Below are positions 31,659-35,721 of a DNA stretch of 35,721 bases, piece by piece (position 1 is the first letter of the stretch; the number at the start of each line of letters is the position of its first letter). Origin of the DNA: Spirogloea muscicola (taxonomy: Eukaryota). The stretch spans positions 143,381-179,101 of the forward strand of contig WELB01000030.1 in the NCBI GenBank assembly GCA_009602725.1, given 5' to 3'. The notes under the pieces are model-generated. The model was given only the letters and a program-made list of their open reading frames with translations. It did not search any database and was not told where the DNA came from. The position numbers and the translations under genes were made by a program.

Positions 31659-33825
31659 ATGGCAATCTCCGCGCCGCGCCTGGCCTTCAGGGCCGCGCCG
31701 CCGCCGCTGTCCGCAGCGCACTGCCGCGCGGCGGCGGCGGCGCCGGCGGAGGGCCGCGCGGGCGCCATGGTCAAGGTGGCGGTCGGCCAGATGACGGCGT
31801 CGGGCGACCAGGAGGCCAACTTCCGGGTCTGCCGTGGCCTCGCACTGGTGCGCACACAGGGCCTTCACATTGCTTCAAGAAGGTCCTATGATTTAGCTTA
31901 CTTGAGCTGAGAGGCTTCGTGCATGTGCTGCTTCTGAGGACACCTAGGCAGAGGTACCTACGATGCCAATAGGTTGGCGCTGCTGCACTTGCGGTACCAG
32001 GAAGCTGCCGCAGCGGATGCCAAGCTGCTCAGCCTGCCAGAGTGCTTCTCGTTCATCGGAGCCCGGGACGGCGAGTCCTTAGCAAGAGCCGAAGCTTTGG
32101 ACGGAGCCGTGATGCAGCGGTACCAGGCTTTGGCCAGGTGAGCATGTTGTTAATGACAACTCCTGTCTGCACCAGTGCGATGGCCCGCTTGGCCGATCAA
32201 CCCCGGATACTACTGAAGCCTGCAGCCGCTGATATATTTTTGTAATTGTAATTGGATGAGGAATTGGATGAGGAATGAATATGCTCTTTCTGAATTACTC
32301 ATCAAGTTTCCTGTGCAGGGAGACGGGCATTTGGCTGGCACTGGGGGGCTTCCAGGAGGTTGGGCCAGATAGCTCGCATCTGTACAACTCACATGTAATC
32401 CTCGACAGCGAAGGCTCCATTCGTGCTTGCTATCGTAAGATCCACTTGTGAGCGCCTGACCTTACATACTGCGCTTTTGGAGGAACTAGTTGTCAATGGA
32501 GCATCGAGTTTGGAGTAAAACAAGGCACCGTCTGCACAGCTTGCACTCTTTAGGTAGAAGTCGTCACGCCTTTGTAAGCCTTGTAATGCATGCAGCCTAC
32601 ACATTTTGGCTGAAAGACAATTGGTGAAGAGAGCCCTTGTTGAGCCGTGTGCATCCAGGTTCGACCTTGACATCCCTGGACAAACCCGCTTGGTAGAGAG
32701 CAACTCAACAGCAGCAGGCGACGAAGTCGTTGCAGTTGACAGCCCTGCTGGCCGACTTGGTTTGACAATATGCTACGATCTTCGCTTCCCTGAGCTTTAC
32801 CAGCGACTGAGATATTCGGAGGATGCCGAGGTAGGCATTGGCAGTCTGCCAATTGTGGGGAAGGACCTCAGAAGAGAGCTATGATTTTGGTCACTGTCCA
32901 ATAAGAAATTTCTCTGTGCTTGTTTGGGTGGATATGGAGTCATATGTAGAAGCTTCAACATGAAGAGGCCTTGATGTCCAATTGATGCAGCACAAGAATT
33001 GAATATTTAGTAAAGCATGTGTAAATAAGTGCATTGGGCTGATCATGAAGAAGCAGTGAGGTGTAACCCTCACTTTCGTGTGCTAATTCTTGCAGATACT
33101 CCTCGTCCCGTCAGCATTTACCAAGAAAACGGGAGAGGCACATTGGGAAGTTCTCCTTCGAGCACGTGCTATAGAATGTCAATCGTATGTGAGTACAATC
33201 ATTGCTGCTCGTCACAGGGGTTAGTGACAAAGCTCTTTGACGTGCCTGCACTGGAGTTTCCAGCGTCAGGGCATGCCAGTTGACAGGCATTTGATCTGAG
33301 CATTGCTTCAAGTGCAAATGAGCAGGTTGTTGCTGCTGCGCAAGCAGGGAGGCACAATGACCGCAGAGAAAGCTTCGGCCATGCTCTGATCATTGACCCT
33401 TGGGGTAATGTAATAGCTCGCTGCAAAGGTACGGCTGCATGCCTCTCATGACAAGCATTTTCCTGCAGTGGCTGAGAGCAACAATTGTGGAGAAGGATGT
33501 GTATTCTTGGGGCTCTTCCATGCTCATATCTATGATGTTCTCGCTTGCGCCCTGCTGGCAGATCCTCTTGCCACAGGCATTGCTGTGGCTGACATTGATC
33601 ACGACTTTCTTACCTCAGTCCGGACAAATATACCTGTAGAGCAGGTGCAAGCACAATGTCCTTGCCATTATAATGACGGTCTATCTAATGTGCCATGCTT
33701 GCACATGATTGTCAGTGTCTTGATTGGCTGGAAGCTTCCCAAGTGACTCACAAATTGCTTATTTGATGTGGCAGCACCGGCGCTATGACATATATGGAAT
33801 GAAAAGGTCAGATGCCAGGATGTGA
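31659..33825 (+). CDS. NIT1: Nitrilase-superfamily NIT1-type deaminated glutathione amidase with N-terminal transit-like extension
   Basis: [21 protein letters not shown] (catalytic E), YRKIHLFDLDIPG (K), [14 protein letters not shown] (C), [53 protein letters not shown] and final exon HRRYDIY...* ending at 33825. Confidence 0.95.
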
Positions 33826-34290
33826 AGGAAATGTCACTGCATTTTCCGATTTCTGTACAATTCACATAGGCAACTCTGTTGCAAGAATATTCAATTTAGA
33901 GTGGGCACTCCAACATAGTCAAAGCTAGTGCCCCATATCTTTCAAGAGTATTTGCAAACCGCTGTACTGTCAGACGTTGAGTGACTAGGCTTGTACCATG
34001 TCAATGCTCAACCTGCCTAGCTAAAGTTCTTCGAGCAGGCGGATGTATGACTGCACAGAAGGAACGGTTGGAGAGTGTACGAGAGGGATGTCTTTGTCTC
34101 ATTTTTATAACAACCACACGCAGACTCAATAAGCTTGGATGCCCCATTCGGATGATCAAACGTGCTGCCTGATGCTGAATGCAACTCGCACAAGAGGTGT
34201 GGCAGGAGTTAGTTTGTAGCATCTTGCAATACACTGACAAGCTACTAGGTGTATACTGGCAGTGGCTTCACTGTGCAAGCTGGCTATACC

Positions 34291-35702
34291 TCACGCAAGA
34301 AAACCCTTCACAATCAGGACAGGGCAATGAGCATGATGTGCGCAGTAGTCAGTAACACTCCCAAGTAACAACCTGGACAAACCAACAATAAGTCCTTGGA
34401 AAGGCCTCTGGCAACATTTGCGCTCTTGCTTATTAGGACAAACACGATAAGCGATATGAAAATCACGCATAATGGAAAGGGCTACGCAGCCTTCTAATCA
34501 TGCAGGCTTGCCAGCCTCTAAGTAACCTCTGCTTGCTACTTCATCATGTGTGATGTCAAACTGCAACAGCAGTCGAATATGCTGCCCACTCTCACAGTTT
34601 TTCCTCACATATACACGCAGTCGATGAGGGGGAACCAGCACGGAGCTGGCGCCAGATAAGCAAGTACCTTGACAATGTACCTCGCTCATGAGAACCCAGA
34701 ACAAGCAAGTCCGCCTTCATGGCAATGGCAGCCATACAAAGGCTTTCCCCTGCCTCTCCCACTGTCACCTCTCCGGTTGCATCAACCTGGGAATGGAGCA
34801 GAGGCAGATGACAGTACAGGACATATCTTTGTCACAATTCCCGCATTTGTTGCTCTTTCTCACGCTGAAGTTAGCAAGTGCTTGGCTCATTTCTAGCTCC
34901 AATATACCAAAGAGCTGTCAACTGGGGCTTCCAGATTTGTGGCCACGATGTCCAGGAAAAGGTGGTGCTGGGCTCTCATCTCAAGCATGGGCATTCACCT
35001 GCCTTAGCAAGCAGGAGCTGATGGCTTCCTTCATCAGATTGTTTGCCTCCAGTGACCCGCTTGTCTCGCGCAAGTGCACAGCACTGGCAGACATGGGGAA
35101 GGCTGCCAAGGAAACATGTGAAGGAAGTCTGATGCAGTGCATGTTGGGGTACACTGGGGATATGGAATCAGCGAGGAGGATGCTTTTGACATCTCCCTGG
35201 TGGACAAAGCACGTTAAGTTGCCTAATGAGCAGATTGGGGTTGTGCCTTCAAGGGTGGTTGATGGCTAGCTCATGACGCTGTAGTTGCAGACTGGAATTT
35301 CAACTTTGACAAAGATTTCGACGCTCGAGAAGCTGCACGGCACCATATCAGTCTGAAACGAAGCAATGGGCTCAAACTACGACAGAATTTCAAAGGCAGA
35401 GTGCAAGCTTTCCAGCATCCAGGAGCTTATGCCTACTGGCACCCTTATAGCGAAAAGCCGCTGCAGTACGCTCATAACATGAGGACGACGCTCTGCGAGC
35501 GCGGAGGTAAGGCGGGGTGGGAGTGGGGCGCAGCACCTGGGCCGGGGTCCATGATGCTGGGGAGCGGCAGGACGTGGAGGAGGTGCAGCTCGTCGCGCGG
35601 GTCCAGCAGGAAGTCCAGCGCCCAGGCCAGCGCGGCGCGGCCGCGGCGCCCGCCGTCCAGCGCCACCAGCAGCCGCCGGCCGCGCCGCGAGCTCTCGCCC
35701 AT
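34291..35702 (-). CDS. Universal stress protein A-like (USP), 4 exons
   Basis: MGESSRRGRRLLVALDG...ALAWALD...LHLLHV, EANNLMKEAISSC, GEAGESLCMAAIAMKADLLVLGSHERGTLSR-LLLGSVTDYCAHHAHCPVLIVKGFLA*. Splice phases are consistent. Confidence 0.93.
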
Positions 35703-35721
35703 GCCCGCCGCCGCGCCCGCC

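Noticed and set aside
31065..31868. 267-aa CP12 fusion protein
   Set aside because: The ORF reads through an antisense retrotransposon fragment, an assembly gap and the antisense strand of NIT1, so it is not a credible fusion.

Overview
Eukaryotic, intron-rich, GC-rich draft-assembly window. Gene content (CP12, SKL2, plant-type BAHD, USP, Sec24) points to a green-lineage organism, plausibly a streptophyte alga, but the species cannot be determined here. The six-frame ORF list is mostly noise, so gene models were built by splicing exons by hand. In order: CTU2 (5' partial, +), BAHD acyltransferase (-), a dense field of retrotransposon fragments (5.9-9.1 kb), TRAX (+), a second retrotransposon fold-back cluster (11.6-12.6 kb), Sec24C/D-type (+), translin (-), SKL2 (partial, +), Sec24A/B-type (+), CP12 (-), NIT1-type nitrilase (+) and a universal stress protein (-). 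Assembly gaps lie at 5923, 12844-13124, 25075 and 31574-31576, and several 5' ends collapse at (GCC)n runs. Three observations stand out. (1) Both C3PO subunits (TRAX and translin) lie about 10.7 kb apart, interleaved with both ancient Sec24 paralogues. (2) A CRE-like (restriction-like endonuclease, RLE) non-LTR retrotransposon family is present as many short fragments from divergent subfamilies, whose 3' ends share a covarying hairpin, a possible pseudoknot and a (CTT)n tail, and which form inverted fold-back arrays on both sides of TRAX. (3) Degenerate telomere-type motifs and GC-AG donors recur in introns.
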